A DNA stretch of 64,000 bases from Clostridiales bacterium (GCA_015056385.1 SVGI01000002.1:1093-65092), one strand, 5' to 3'. Shown: positions 8,123-18,521, counted from the first letter of the stretch. A program made the numbers and translations. Notes: generated by a model not told the origin, from the sequence alone.

Positions 8123-9277
8123 TTACGCTCTTTCCTTCGGAGGGCGCTTTCCCATAAACTGATAAAGCTGTGTTTTTATTCTTCCGTTATACAGCTTACG
8201 TTTTTTATCCGCCTTGCGCTCAACTGCATCCTCGAAATTCTCATCCGCAGTAAGTATGAAGAAGGACCATGTATCAAGTGAATTTAATATCTCCCCAAAC
8301 CTTTTGTATATGGATTTAAGAGCGGCTCTGTCCCCCATTCTTTCTCCGTAGGGGGGATTTGTTATTATACATCCGTATTTTTTCTGTGTGGAAAACTCCT
8401 CAAAGCTGCGCTTATGGAAGCTTATGCAATCTCCCACTCCCGCCTTTGAGGCATTTTTACGGGCTGTGGAAAGCACCCTATCGTCTATATCATAGCCGCA
8501 GATATCAAAAAGCTCTCTGTTTGAGGGCTCCTCCCTTGCCTCCAGCATTTCTCTTGCCTCTCTCCAGGCAGACGAAGGAATATTTCCCCAGGTTTTACTG
8601 ATGAAATTCCTGTCCTTGTTTGGCGCAGTCCTTAAAGCATCGTAAACAGCCTCAATAAGTATTGTTCCCGAGCCGCACATAGGGTCTACGAGGGGCCTTG
8701 ACGCCTTCCATACAGAAAGGTCAACCATTGTTGCCGCAAGGGTTTCCTTAAGAGGGGCTGCGCCTGCATTTTCCCTGTACCCCCTTCTGTGAAGGCCCTC
8801 GCCGCTTGTATCTATAAAAATCTCTGCAAGGTTTTCACGGAGAGATACTATAACAGGATAAAGCGTGCCTGTTTCCGGCACTATTGCCGTGCGGTATGCC
8901 ATTTTAATACGCTCCACAATAGCCTTTTTGGATATTTTCTGGCAATCGGAAAGACTGAAAAGGTCTGACTTTACAGATTTTGCATCTACCGTAACAGCTG
9001 CGTCAGAGGGAACGTAATCCTCCCAGGGGATGCTTTTAACGCCGTCAAAAAGCTCGTCAAACGTTCTTGCCTCAAAGGCTGCAAGGCGTATAAGCACCCT
9101 TTCACCGCAGGCTGTTCCCATATTTATTTTGCAGATATCCGTTTCATCACCGTAATATACTACTCTGCCGTTTTCCGTTTTTATATTTTCCATGCCCATC
9201 CTTTTAAGCTCAAAGGCAACAGATGCCTCAACGCCAAAGGCCGCAGGTATAATTATTTCATACTTACTCATGCTCAT
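8123..9277 (-). CDS. THUMP-domain class I SAM-dependent RNA methyltransferase (RlmL/YpsC-like)
   Basis: N-terminal ferredoxin-like/THUMP region, SAM motif I DPMCGSGT and catalytic NPPYGERMG. Confidence 0.85.
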   Translation of the reverse strand: MSMSKYEIIIPAAFGVEASVAFELKRMGMENIKTENGRVVYYGDETDICKINMGTACGERVLIRLAAFEARTFDELFDGVKSIPWEDYVPSDAAVTVDAKSVKSDLFSLSDCQKISKKAIVERIKMAYRTAIVPETGTLYPVIVSLRENLAEIFIDTSGEGLHRRGYRENAGAAPLKETLAATMVDLSVWKASRPLVDPMCGSGTILIEAVYDALRTAPNKDRNFISKTWGNIPSSAWREAREMLEAREEPSNRELFDICGYDIDDRVLSTARKNASKAGVGDCISFHKRSFEEFSTQKKYGCIITNPPYGERMGDRAALKSIYKRFGEILNSLDTWSFFILTADENFEDAVERKADKKRKLYNGRIKTQLYQFMGKRPPKERA

Positions 9278-9719
9278 CCTCCGTTATACACTCATTTTGA
9301 ATCACATCGGCATCAATATCAAATTCCTTATCAAGACACACCTCTGATATTACGCATACTGTAACACTTTCCCTGCCGTTTGGCATAAAAAATGAAATTC
9401 TGTAGGTATTCTCCTCACCCTCGGGCTTATCCACGGCAGAAATGCTCATATACGGCACAAACATACTCTTATAATCTGCCTTCTGAAAATAAATACCGTC
9501 CGTATAAAAGCGCAGGGTGCATTTTTCACTGCCTTCACCGTACTTGAAGGTAACGCTGTGAGCAGAAAGCTCCCGCCCCTTTGGCTCAGACGCCTTTTTT
9601 ACCTTGTATTTAACAACAGACATTACGATATATATAGCAAAAAACACAACGGAAATCCCCGCAATAATCTTTGCCATTAAAAAATTGTTTGTACTTGCCA
9701 ATAAATAACTGTAAATCAT
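9264..9719 (-). CDS. Hypothetical N-terminally membrane-anchored protein
   Basis: One hydrophobic helix (IIAGISVVFFAIYIVMSVV) followed by a soluble domain. No motif recognised. The start could be the internal Met (MAKII, about 9677). Confidence 0.45.
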   Translation of the reverse strand: MIYSYLLASTNNFLMAKIIAGISVVFFAIYIVMSVVKYKVKKASEPKGRELSAHSVTFKYGEGSEKCTLRFYTDGIYFQKADYKSMFVPYMSISAVDKPEGEENTYRISFFMPNGRESVTVCVISEVCLDKEFDIDADVIQNECITEDEHE

Positions 9720-9772
9720 AGCATTTTCCTTTGTTGATTCTCAGGTGATTATACCAAAACTTTCTATACGGG

Positions 9773-10843
9773 TCAATTCAAAATATCCGATATAAACCTT
9801 GTACAATGATTATCCAGAGCAGAAAAATTCATAGCAGGTATATAATAGGATTCCAGGGTGTTGTGAAGCCAATAGGCATCCTTAAGAGAGGTTACCGCCA
9901 TTTCCAAAAGCTTTTCATACATACGCTCGTTTTCACTTAATATCTGGGCAGATAGGGCAACCCTGGTTATATCGCTGTATTCTGTAAGGTCTATAACATC
10001 GTTTGATATAAGGTGTACGCCGTGATGCCTGTTGTGAGTAAGAAACGCTACTCCTGCAGAGGGTATAAAAAGATGCTCTATTTTTTCATCGGGGAACATA
10101 GGGCAGTAATACTTTTCACAGTACACGCCGTTTCTTTCCATAAGGTAGCTTATTTTTTGGAGCATTTTATAGCCACCGTAGCCTGTAAGCGCATATACAC
10201 GCTCGTATCCCTGAGAAAGAGAGGCTATGTAGTTCATTAAGCCGGAGGGGGTAATACCGCTTGCAAACGAGCATCTTGACCGCCCTTTGCCTCCTGTTTT
10301 ATTTGTTTTTCTTAAAATATCACCTGCAAGCTCCTCACTCATATCCTCCAGAGCATCCTCACAGAGATTGGATTCGTATATTTCGTTGTTGATAGATATA
10401 ACGTCCTTTGCCGCCGCAAGGTATTTATACGCCCTTGCAAATTCGTATTTAATGTTTATATCCGTTTCCATTATGCTGTTTTTTCTGCGCTTGAGCTCCG
10501 TAACATCCCAAAACTCGGAAAGGTTGATAACCGCCTCTGCTGCGCCCGGATATTTTGGCTCTATAATGTGGGGAGATGTGCCGTCTACCATAGCAAATCT
10601 GCCGTTATCCACCAAAATACCGTCCAGAGAAAACGGGTCTGATGAGCAATGAAGATATTCCACCTTAAGCTCCTTTTCCTTTGCTGCACGGGCAACCCTT
10701 TTCATATACCCCGATTTACCCGTACCGGGGCCTCCTTTTATGATATACACGTAATTACAAGAATCCAACGCGGAGTTATAGTATGAAAAAAAGCCTTCGG
10801 GGGTATTTGCTCCCGGAAAAAAGTGTACCTCATTTCGTTTCAT
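9773..10843 (-). CDS. Uncharacterised P-loop NTPase
   Basis: Walker A GGPGTGKSG at residues about 37-45, and 356 aa in length. It resembles a conserved Firmicute hypothetical ATPase family. That family assignment is from memory and is weak. Confidence 0.6.
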   Translation of the reverse strand: MKRNEVHFFPGANTPEGFFSYYNSALDSCNYVYIIKGGPGTGKSGYMKRVARAAKEKELKVEYLHCSSDPFSLDGILVDNGRFAMVDGTSPHIIEPKYPGAAEAVINLSEFWDVTELKRRKNSIMETDINIKYEFARAYKYLAAAKDVISINNEIYESNLCEDALEDMSEELAGDILRKTNKTGGKGRSRCSFASGITPSGLMNYIASLSQGYERVYALTGYGGYKMLQKISYLMERNGVYCEKYYCPMFPDEKIEHLFIPSAGVAFLTHNRHHGVHLISNDVIDLTEYSDITRVALSAQILSENERMYEKLLEMAVTSLKDAYWLHNTLESYYIPAMNFSALDNHCTRFISDILN

Positions 10844-10963
10844 ATTTTATATCCCTTTCTTTTCCCGCCTATAAGGCGTGATTATTCCCTTCTCCCCATA
10901 CTATTGATACACTTTATAAAATGTTACTCCGTACATATTTTTATATATAAATATATTTTATGC

Positions 10964-10991
10964 TTGCAAAAACATTTTCTTTTTGTATAAT
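10964..10991 (+). promoter_or_regulatory. Sigma-A promoter with extended -10 (TTGCAA-16 nt-TGTATAAT)
   Basis: TTGCAA at 10964-10969 and TATAAT at 10986-10991, preceded by TG. Upstream of the PPTase gene. Confidence 0.5.
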
Positions 10992-11018
10992 AAACATAAA
11001 AAATAATAGGAAGCATGT

Positions 11019-11681
11019 ATGGACCCTTTTATTGTTTTTGTTGATATTTCCCAACCATCCTCCGGCATATCAACAGAGGATATTGTAAGGCGGTTACCGC
11101 AAGACGCCTTACCGGGAATACTTTCCGTAAAAAATCCCCAAAGGGCATACGTAAAGGCCGTATCTGCCCTGCTTAAATATGCCGCACTTTCCCACGCGCT
11201 TTCAGCAGAATACAACGATATTTCATTCGGGCTTCAGGAAAAGGGAAAGCCCTACGTAAGTAATTTTGAAAACATACATTTTAATATTTCCCATACAAAA
11301 AACGCCTGTGCCGGTATATTCGCCCCGTTTGAGGTAGGTATAGATACAGAGCTTATACGCCCTGCAGAGCTGGCAATATCAAGGCGCTTCTTTACCCCGA
11401 ATGAGGCGGAGTACATATCAGGCGCTCCCCACCTTTCAGACGAGCGTTTTTTTGAGGTCTGGACAAAAAAGGAGGCCTATATCAAGCTTACGGGGGAGGG
11501 CTTGGGAAGGCCGTTATCCTCATTTGACGTGCTTGACGATGGCCTGGGCGCTTCATTCACCCATTACCGCCACAGCGGCTTTTCAATAAGTGCCTGTGCT
11601 TTTACAGGTAACAAAATACCTCAAACACTTAAAGTAATCTCTGCCGAGGAGTTATTTTTGAATCCTGCGGCAATAAAATAA
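11019..11681 (+). CDS. 4'-phosphopantetheinyl transferase, Sfp type
   Basis: ISHTKN...GIDTE and FFEVWTKKEAYIKLTGEGL, which match the Sfp-family G-x-D and W-x-x-K-E-A-x-x-K motifs. Confidence 0.85.
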   Translation: MDPFIVFVDISQPSSGISTEDIVRRLPQDALPGILSVKNPQRAYVKAVSALLKYAALSHALSAEYNDISFGLQEKGKPYVSNFENIHFNISHTKNACAGIFAPFEVGIDTELIRPAELAISRRFFTPNEAEYISGAPHLSDERFFEVWTKKEAYIKLTGEGLGRPLSSFDVLDDGLGASFTHYRHSGFSISACAFTGNKIPQTLKVISAEELFLNPAAIK

Positions 11682-11776
11682 TTTCCACCCGGGTTTTGAG
11701 ACCTTCGCAACGCGAAATCAGCCCCAATTTCCCAAGAAAGGAAGGCTTTCCACAAACGAAAGCCATGGTTATTATT

Positions 11777-14131
11777 ATGAAAAAAAACGCAAATGAAAAG
11801 CTTCCTATCTATAAGGACCCTTCCTATACAATAGAGGAGCGTATAAACGACCTTCTTCCCAGAATGACTGTGGAAGAAAAGCTTGTACAGATGGGTCAGC
11901 TATTCTGCAGCAGTTACCTTATAAACAGGGGTACGGAAATTCAGCCATCCTACATAGAGCGCTTCTTCAAAAACCAGGGTGCAGGCGGCGTTGAAAACAG
12001 AAGGCTTCCCCTTAAGGAAAATATCGAGATGCACAATATGATACAGAAATGGCTTGTTGAAGAGAGCCGCCTTGGTATTCCCACTATGTTTATAAGTGAG
12101 GCTCTTCACGGGTATTTCGGGTCATGCGCCACAACCTTTCCCTGCCCTATTGCCCTTGCCTGCAGCTTCAACCCCGAAAATACGTATAAGATGGGTCAGG
12201 TTATAGGCAGAGAAGGAAGAGCGGAGGGTAACCACTTTATTCTTTCACCTAACCTTGACCTCGGGCGCGACCACAGATGGGGCCGTACAGAGGAAACCTA
12301 CGGTGAGGATCCGTACCTTGTTTCCCGTATGGGCGTAGGATACGTAAAGGGTGTTCAGGGGGACAGTGAAATAATGGATGACGAGCATATGGCGTGCTGC
12401 GTAAAGCATTATTTTGCCCACGGCTCACCTGAGGGCGGTGTAAACCTTGCACCTGTGCACTGCGGCGAAAGGGAGCTCCGCGAATTGTATCTCCAATCCT
12501 TCAAGGCTGCAATAACAGAGGGCGGCGCCTTAGGCGTTATGCCTGCATACAGTGAGGTAGACGGTGTACCCTGCCACGGAAGCCATCTTATGTTAAGAAA
12601 AATCCTGCGTGATGAGCTTAAATTCAAGGGTATGACCTTTGCCGATTACGGCGGTGTAGAAATGCTTTACAGTATGCACTGCGTAGCCCACGACGCAGAG
12701 GAAGCCGCAATTATGGGCGTTGAGGCAGGCGTAAATATGGAAGCCGGTGATTTCGACGTATACGACAAGCCTCTGCTTGAAGCCGTACGTGCGGGACGTA
12801 TAGATATGAAATACATCGATGAGGCTGTTTCCAATATTTTAAGAGTAAAATTCCGTACAGGCGCATTCGACAGACCCTATTCCGACTACGAATACGCAAA
12901 AACCGTATGTCGCTGTGATGAGTACAAAAAAATAAACAGAGAGATAACCAAGGAATGTATGGTTCTTCTCAAAAACGAGGGCAATCTTCTCCCCTTGAGA
13001 AAGGATATTAAATCCGTCGCGGTTATCGGCCCTAACGCAGACTATTCACAGTGCGGCGACTACTGTGCCGCAGGCGTGGATTTCAAAACCATACTCCAGA
13101 GCATACGTGAAATAGTTTCTCCCGAAACCGTTGTAAATTACGCACAGGGCTGCACTCTTGCCTTTGATGACGAAAGCGGTATCCCCGAGGCTGTTGAGGC
13201 TGCTAAAAACAGTGAATACGCTATCGTAGTTGTAGGTGATACCTCCTACGGCTGGGGCGACGGCTGGGCAGGCCGCAGAGGCAACCTGGCTATGAGCGGC
13301 GAAATGTATGACTCACACGATATAAAGCTTACAGGCGCACAGCAGAAGCTTATCGACGCAGTTTACGCAACGGGTACGCCTACAATAGTTGTTCTTGAAA
13401 ATGCAAGGCCCCTGGCAATACCGGAAATTGCAGAAAAAATACCTGCAATTCTTGAAGCATGGACAACTGCCGAGGAGGGCGGTATGGTTGCCGCAGAAAT
13501 ACTCTTCGGTGATATTAACCCCTCAGGCAAGCTTTCAGTTTCATTTGCCAAGCACGTAGGTCAGATGCCTATTTACTATAACTACAAGCGCTCTGCAAGA
13601 GGGTACTACCACGACCCCGGCCGCCCCAATCATCCCGGAAGAGATTACGTTTTTCTTGATACGGCACCCCTTTTCCCCTTCGGGCACGGGCTTTCCTATA
13701 CAACCTTTGAATACAGCGATATAGCAGTATCAAACAAAAAAATAGGCAAATACGGCAGAACCTTAGTAAGCGTAACAGTAAAGAACACAGGTAAAAGAAG
13801 CGGATGTGAAACTGTAATGCTTTTTGTTACAGACGTTATATCATCAACCACCACTCCCATAAAGGCGCTTAAGGGCTTTGAACGTGTAAATCTTGAAGCA
13901 GGTGAATCCAAGCGGGTAACTCTCGAATTAGGGCCCGAGCATCTCTGGATTATAGACAGAAATATGGAGGAGATTGTTGAGCCCGGTGAATTCATAGTTG
14001 AAATAGGCGGACTTTACGATTCATTCTACGTTACGGATGACAATGGCTCTCTTCCCAAGGCCCGTACAGATTCAAGGCGTGAGGTGGATAAGATGCTTCA
14101 CATCAACGGACTTAAGCCTGATGCAAGATAA
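11777..14131 (+). CDS. Glycoside hydrolase family 3 (beta-glucosidase/BglX-like)
   Basis: GH3 motifs: LGRDHRWGRTEETYGEDP, KHYFAHG, and the nucleophile region ADYGG (TFADYGGV). C-terminal FnIII-like domain. I prefer the ATG at 11777 over the track's TTG at 11696. Confidence 0.9.
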   Translation: MKKNANEKLPIYKDPSYTIEERINDLLPRMTVEEKLVQMGQLFCSSYLINRGTEIQPSYIERFFKNQGAGGVENRRLPLKENIEMHNMIQKWLVEESRLGIPTMFISEALHGYFGSCATTFPCPIALACSFNPENTYKMGQVIGREGRAEGNHFILSPNLDLGRDHRWGRTEETYGEDPYLVSRMGVGYVKGVQGDSEIMDDEHMACCVKHYFAHGSPEGGVNLAPVHCGERELRELYLQSFKAAITEGGALGVMPAYSEVDGVPCHGSHLMLRKILRDELKFKGMTFADYGGVEMLYSMHCVAHDAEEAAIMGVEAGVNMEAGDFDVYDKPLLEAVRAGRIDMKYIDEAVSNILRVKFRTGAFDRPYSDYEYAKTVCRCDEYKKINREITKECMVLLKNEGNLLPLRKDIKSVAVIGPNADYSQCGDYCAAGVDFKTILQSIREIVSPETVVNYAQGCTLAFDDESGIPEAVEAAKNSEYAIVVVGDTSYGWGDGWAGRRGNLAMSGEMYDSHDIKLTGAQQKLIDAVYATGTPTIVVLENARPLAIPEIAEKIPAILEAWTTAEEGGMVAAEILFGDINPSGKLSVSFAKHVGQMPIYYNYKRSARGYYHDPGRPNHPGRDYVFLDTAPLFPFGHGLSYTTFEYSDIAVSNKKIGKYGRTLVSVTVKNTGKRSGCETVMLFVTDVISSTTTPIKALKGFERVNLEAGESKRVTLELGPEHLWIIDRNMEEIVEPGEFIVEIGGLYDSFYVTDDNGSLPKARTDSRREVDKMLHINGLKPDAR

Positions 14132-14209
14132 TATACAGCCGGTAAAAAGCCCTTGTAATATTTTGCCTAAGCATTTATAATAAACACACTATATTTTCAG
14201 GAGATTTTT

Positions 14210-15331
14210 ATGGATATCCAGCCTATACGAAACAAATGGAAAGGTACTATGACAGACAGAGAGCGCTTTCGCAGACAGATGCACTATGAAAGCGTAGACA
14301 GATGCTTTAATATGGAATTCGGTTATTGGGAGGAAAACTACACACAGTGGGATGTTCTCCGTAACAATAATATTGAATACGAATGGCAGGCAAACGAGCT
14401 TTTTGCATTTGATAAATTAGATACAGTAGGCGGTCCTGTATGGACATATCCCCCTTTCCCCTATACCGTGCTTGAGGAAACAGATGCCAAGGTAAAATTC
14501 GTAGACGCCAATGGCCTTATCTGTGAAAAGTTCAAAAACGGCGCCAGCTCTATACCTCACTATATCGGCAGTACAGTAAATACTCCCGAGGATTGGGACA
14601 GAGTTAAAAAAGAAAGGTTTGACGTAAATCATCCTGCAAGAACGCTTGATATAGAAGCTCTTAAAAAACAATTCCCAAATGACAGGGACTATCCCCTTAC
14701 GGTACACACAGGGTCTATGATAGGCTACGTAAGAGATCTCCTTACCTTCGAGGGGCTTTGTTATGCAATTTACGACTATCCGGAAATGGTTGAGGATATG
14801 GTGGAAACGTCCTGCCAGCTTGTTGAGCATGAGCTGGATCAGCTTTTAGGCAACATCCAGTTTGACGCTGCAAGCGGCTGGGAGGATATCTGCTTCAAAA
14901 ACGGACCTATCGTTTCCGTAGATTTCTTCAGAGATATAGTTGCCCCCAGATACAAAAGAATCAACGAAAAGCTTAAAAAGCACGGAATTGATATTTGGTA
15001 TATCGACTGCGACGGCGACGTAAGGCCTATTCTCCCCTATTTCCTTGAATCCGGTGTTAACTGCCTTTTCCCCTATGAGGTTGCAGGCTGTGCGCATCCT
15101 GCAGAGCTTCTCAAGGAATACGGCAAGGACTTAAGAATAATGGGCGGCTTCGACAAGCTTCAGATGATAAAGGGTAAGGATGAAATCAAGCGTTATATGG
15201 ATTCCATAGCACCCCTTGTTGAAAGAGGTGGATATATCCCCTTCTGCGACCACAGATGCCCTCCCGACGTAACAGAGGAAAATTACTTCTATTATCTTGA
15301 CCTTAAGGAAGAATATTTTTCAATGAAATAA
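14210..15331 (+). CDS. Uroporphyrinogen-decarboxylase (URO-D) superfamily protein, function unknown
   Basis: N-terminal MTDRERFRRQMHYESVDR and the overall length are typical of URO-D/MtaA-like proteins found in clostridial sugar loci. Motif-level call only. Confidence 0.6.
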   Translation: MDIQPIRNKWKGTMTDRERFRRQMHYESVDRCFNMEFGYWEENYTQWDVLRNNNIEYEWQANELFAFDKLDTVGGPVWTYPPFPYTVLEETDAKVKFVDANGLICEKFKNGASSIPHYIGSTVNTPEDWDRVKKERFDVNHPARTLDIEALKKQFPNDRDYPLTVHTGSMIGYVRDLLTFEGLCYAIYDYPEMVEDMVETSCQLVEHELDQLLGNIQFDAASGWEDICFKNGPIVSVDFFRDIVAPRYKRINEKLKKHGIDIWYIDCDGDVRPILPYFLESGVNCLFPYEVAGCAHPAELLKEYGKDLRIMGGFDKLQMIKGKDEIKRYMDSIAPLVERGGYIPFCDHRCPPDVTEENYFYYLDLKEEYFSMK

Positions 15332-15344
15332 GTAATTCAAAGCT

Positions 15345-15380
15345 AAAAAGCGGCAGAAAGTTTTCTGCCGCTTTGTTTTA
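15345..15380. terminator. Bidirectional terminator between convergent genes
   Basis: Stem GCGGCAGAA / TTCTGCCGC, flanked by an A-run (15345-15349) and TTTGTTTTA. Confidence 0.7.
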
Positions 15381-18300
15381 TTTCTTGTAAATCCTTATTA
15401 CAGGGCTTTTAATTATTCCCAGAGGCTTGGTTTTATACTCATAGCACCAATTAGCCCCCTCTGTACGCCACGTTCCCGGGCCGTACCAGCGCTCGTCCTC
15501 CTTTACAAGATGCAGGGCGCCAAAGGAATTGTTGCGGTTACCAAAGAGTGTAAGGGTTATCCTGTGATTACCCTTTTTTACATCATCAAGCATAAGTCTG
15601 TATGGTGGCAGAACTATCCTGCCCTCGGGCGCACCGTCAACCATAACGGCAATAAGGGCACCTCTGTAATGGGAGGCCTCTATCTCCAGCATTCCGTCCT
15701 CCTCAAGGTTAACGTCAAAGCTGTAATTTACGTTGGCACTGTAAAAAGGAAGCGTTTGGGGAGTGATATCTCCAAATCCAAGCTTTTCCTGCCTTTTTAC
15801 CACTGTTTTTTCACAGCCTGTAAGCCGTACACCGAAATCCCCAAGTATATAACACCACTCTACGTTTGTTTTCTCTCCGAAGGGGAATGTGATTTCGAGT
15901 ACGTTTTCACCTCTTTTTATAGGGGGAAGGGCAACTGTCATTATGGATTTATCCGTAAAATAGCCCTTGATTTCGTTAGGTACCTGTATACCGTTAAAGG
16001 TTATTTTTGCAATATCGGCATCCTCAAGGGCAAGAAGAGTACCCTCAACCTCTATTTCACTGTTTACTGCAAAGCGCAGGCTTAAGGTATGAGTTATTGG
16101 CTTATCCTTAACGGCATAGGGCTGTGGCGGATACTCCTCAAAGTTAAGATAAGACCTAAAGCCCCGGGATATTCGAAGTATCTCCTCACTTTCGCGCCAT
16201 TCACCGTTATCGTAGCGGTATTCTCCCTGGTCTAAAAGCAGTACGTTAGGCTCGCTTAAGCTGTAATCCACCGCCTTTTTTATTGAATACTCCCTGACAA
16301 GCTTCGGAGCGTTTACAGAATCCGCCTGTATCTCCTCCTTATCCGAAAGCCTAAAAAGCACGCTGTTACACGGCGTAAACGTATATTCTATAACCGTATT
16401 TCCGTTTTTATGGGTATATTCCACATACTTAACATCCCCGAAAAGAGTGTCGTACTCCGTTGGCACACACTCACCCTCTACCGTTATTGTAAGTCTCTCA
16501 CTTTGAACAATATCCCTTTTTGGCCTTTTAGACAGGTTGTCGTCAAAATCACCGGCACAGGCTATAAAAAGCCATCTGCAATCATTATCCTGTCTGTAAT
16601 TATAAATGAGGTTTGTTTCGTTATTTCCGCGGGCATTTAATATCCGTACTGTTCTTGCACTCTCTAATGCCGATTGGAGCTCGCTGCTGTTAAAGCTTAT
16701 ACTAATGCTTTTATTGAACAGATCCTCACACCCATTATCTCTGACGCCGTTAATATGAGTGGGGCAGGCGCCCATAAATATTACTTCACCGCCGTTTTTA
16801 CGGAATGAATCAAGATACTCAACAGTGGTTTCTCTTAATGTGATGCACCCGGGTACAACTATTGTATCATACCTCATTTCACCTATGCTCAACGGTCTTT
16901 CATCGTTTTTAAGCTCGGGCAGGGTTGATTCGCATATAAAATCAAAATCAAGATGATTGTAAAGAAGCCACTTTGTAACGTTATCAAAATTATTCTGTAT
17001 TGCATCTACCGCTGATGAGGTCTGTGAAACGGGGCCTCCCGAAATCCAATAGCTTTCAATAGGATGTATTACGCCTATTTTTACAATGGGCTTTCCACGG
17101 GTAAGCACTGTATTCAAGCGTGAAAAATGGTTTTCTATATAAGAATATTCCTTATACCAGGGGGACTGATAGCTTATTGATGCGGGATAGTCCCTTTTCG
17201 CATCGCCCTTCATAGACATCCACGCAAGATGAGGCACCCTTACGGTAACGCCTAACGCAGCCTGCCAATCTCCCTGCATTTTGTGTCCTCTGAAATCAAA
17301 GTCCCAATTTGTAACGCCGTAAAGCTCGGAAAGCATTCCCTCCTTACCGTACTGATGCACTGCAGACTGGGCCTGCTTTGCCGTGGTAAGCTCCCTATCA
17401 TCACAGAGCATATCAATTCCGGGAATATCCATTTTGCCGTAATTACGCATTACCTCTCCGCAGGATATTGCCTGATGATGAAGACGTGGCTCGTGCAGGT
17501 AATGGCCTGTCATCATAAGCCCGTTTTCACGGCACCAATCACCTATCTGCTGTGAGAAATTACGGGAGAATTCCTCTGCTATAAAATCAAAATATCTGTA
17601 TTTTATTTTTGAATCGGACCCGTCCCTTTTGTTCCAAACAAGCTCGGGAAGAAAATCAAGAAAGCTTTCTTTGTATTTAAGAGTATATTTTTTCTCGAAA
17701 AAACGTGTCCAGGTTAATTTTATCCTGTCCTTATATTCGGGTGTGGGAATAAAAAGGCTTTCAGATATGTTTGCGCAAGGCTCGTCCGTAAATATAGCAG
17801 GTACGGATTTATTGAATTTTCCACCTACAACCGCCTTATATCTCTCGTGGGTAACTCTTATAAATTCCGCTACCGCATCCCTATCCATTGTATCAATATA
17901 TGCAAAATAGTAAGGTAAAGGATCGCTTACACAATAGGCATACCATTTATCACCTCTTGCGCTATCCTCATAGCCTATGCGGCTGTAATTTTCGATATAG
18001 CCATTACTGTCAAGGGTTATGTCATAGCAGCCCAAAAGATACGGCACACCCTTTTGAGCAGCCTCATCCTCGGGGGTATTCCATTTTTTGTCTATGGGGT
18101 AAAGCTCAAGGCTTTTCGTACGAAGGCTTTTATTTTTTGTTACAATTCCGCCTGCAGAACCGGAGGGCCATTTATCCTCATCATAAAGCCAGGCAAGCAT
18201 ATTTAGAGCCTCCGCCTTATTACAGCAGGCCTTTACCATGCTCATAAACTCATCGCTCAGATATTCAGTGGCAAGACCAACCCTTGAATGCATATGAAAT

Positions 18301-18461
18301 CCGCCAAAGCCCATTTCCTTGAATTGTTCTATTTGCCATAAAAGGTCTTCCCTGTCAAGCCTGCCGTTCCACGCCCAAAACGGCGTTCCGCGGTATTCAC
18401 AGGTGGGATTCTTAAAAAGCTCCATATCGAGATTTCGTGAATTATTTTTCTTATATAACAC
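15378..18461 (-). CDS. Large glycoside-hydrolase-like protein (N-terminal TIM-barrel-like domain, C-terminal beta-sandwich region); CAZy family unresolved
   Basis: 1027 aa. The N-terminal YRGTPFWAWNGRL...GFGGFHMHSRVGL...WLYDEDKWPSGSAGG pattern is what I recall from uncharacterised glycosyl-hydrolase-like proteins. GTG start with a GGAGG RBS. Confidence 0.65.
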   Translation of the reverse strand: MLYKKNNSRNLDMELFKNPTCEYRGTPFWAWNGRLDREDLLWQIEQFKEMGFGGFHMHSRVGLATEYLSDEFMSMVKACCNKAEALNMLAWLYDEDKWPSGSAGGIVTKNKSLRTKSLELYPIDKKWNTPEDEAAQKGVPYLLGCYDITLDSNGYIENYSRIGYEDSARGDKWYAYCVSDPLPYYFAYIDTMDRDAVAEFIRVTHERYKAVVGGKFNKSVPAIFTDEPCANISESLFIPTPEYKDRIKLTWTRFFEKKYTLKYKESFLDFLPELVWNKRDGSDSKIKYRYFDFIAEEFSRNFSQQIGDWCRENGLMMTGHYLHEPRLHHQAISCGEVMRNYGKMDIPGIDMLCDDRELTTAKQAQSAVHQYGKEGMLSELYGVTNWDFDFRGHKMQGDWQAALGVTVRVPHLAWMSMKGDAKRDYPASISYQSPWYKEYSYIENHFSRLNTVLTRGKPIVKIGVIHPIESYWISGGPVSQTSSAVDAIQNNFDNVTKWLLYNHLDFDFICESTLPELKNDERPLSIGEMRYDTIVVPGCITLRETTVEYLDSFRKNGGEVIFMGACPTHINGVRDNGCEDLFNKSISISFNSSELQSALESARTVRILNARGNNETNLIYNYRQDNDCRWLFIACAGDFDDNLSKRPKRDIVQSERLTITVEGECVPTEYDTLFGDVKYVEYTHKNGNTVIEYTFTPCNSVLFRLSDKEEIQADSVNAPKLVREYSIKKAVDYSLSEPNVLLLDQGEYRYDNGEWRESEEILRISRGFRSYLNFEEYPPQPYAVKDKPITHTLSLRFAVNSEIEVEGTLLALEDADIAKITFNGIQVPNEIKGYFTDKSIMTVALPPIKRGENVLEITFPFGEKTNVEWCYILGDFGVRLTGCEKTVVKRQEKLGFGDITPQTLPFYSANVNYSFDVNLEEDGMLEIEASHYRGALIAVMVDGAPEGRIVLPPYRLMLDDVKKGNHRITLTLFGNRNNSFGALHLVKEDERWYGPGTWRTEGANWCYEYKTKPLGIIKSPVIRIYKK

Positions 18462-18521
18462 AGCTATACCTCCGTTACATTAGCTATTATAGGACTTACC
18501 GCAAAATTAAACAAGATGTTT

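Noticed and set aside
11696-11776. Track start (TTG) giving a 27-codon N-terminal extension on the GH3 gene
   Set aside because: The extension (RPSQREISPNFPRKEGFPQTKA...) is not signal-peptide-like. The ATG at 11777 gives a typical GH3 N-terminus. Similar over-extensions were trimmed for the dnaJ-like gene, rpoA, map, infA, rplX and folC.
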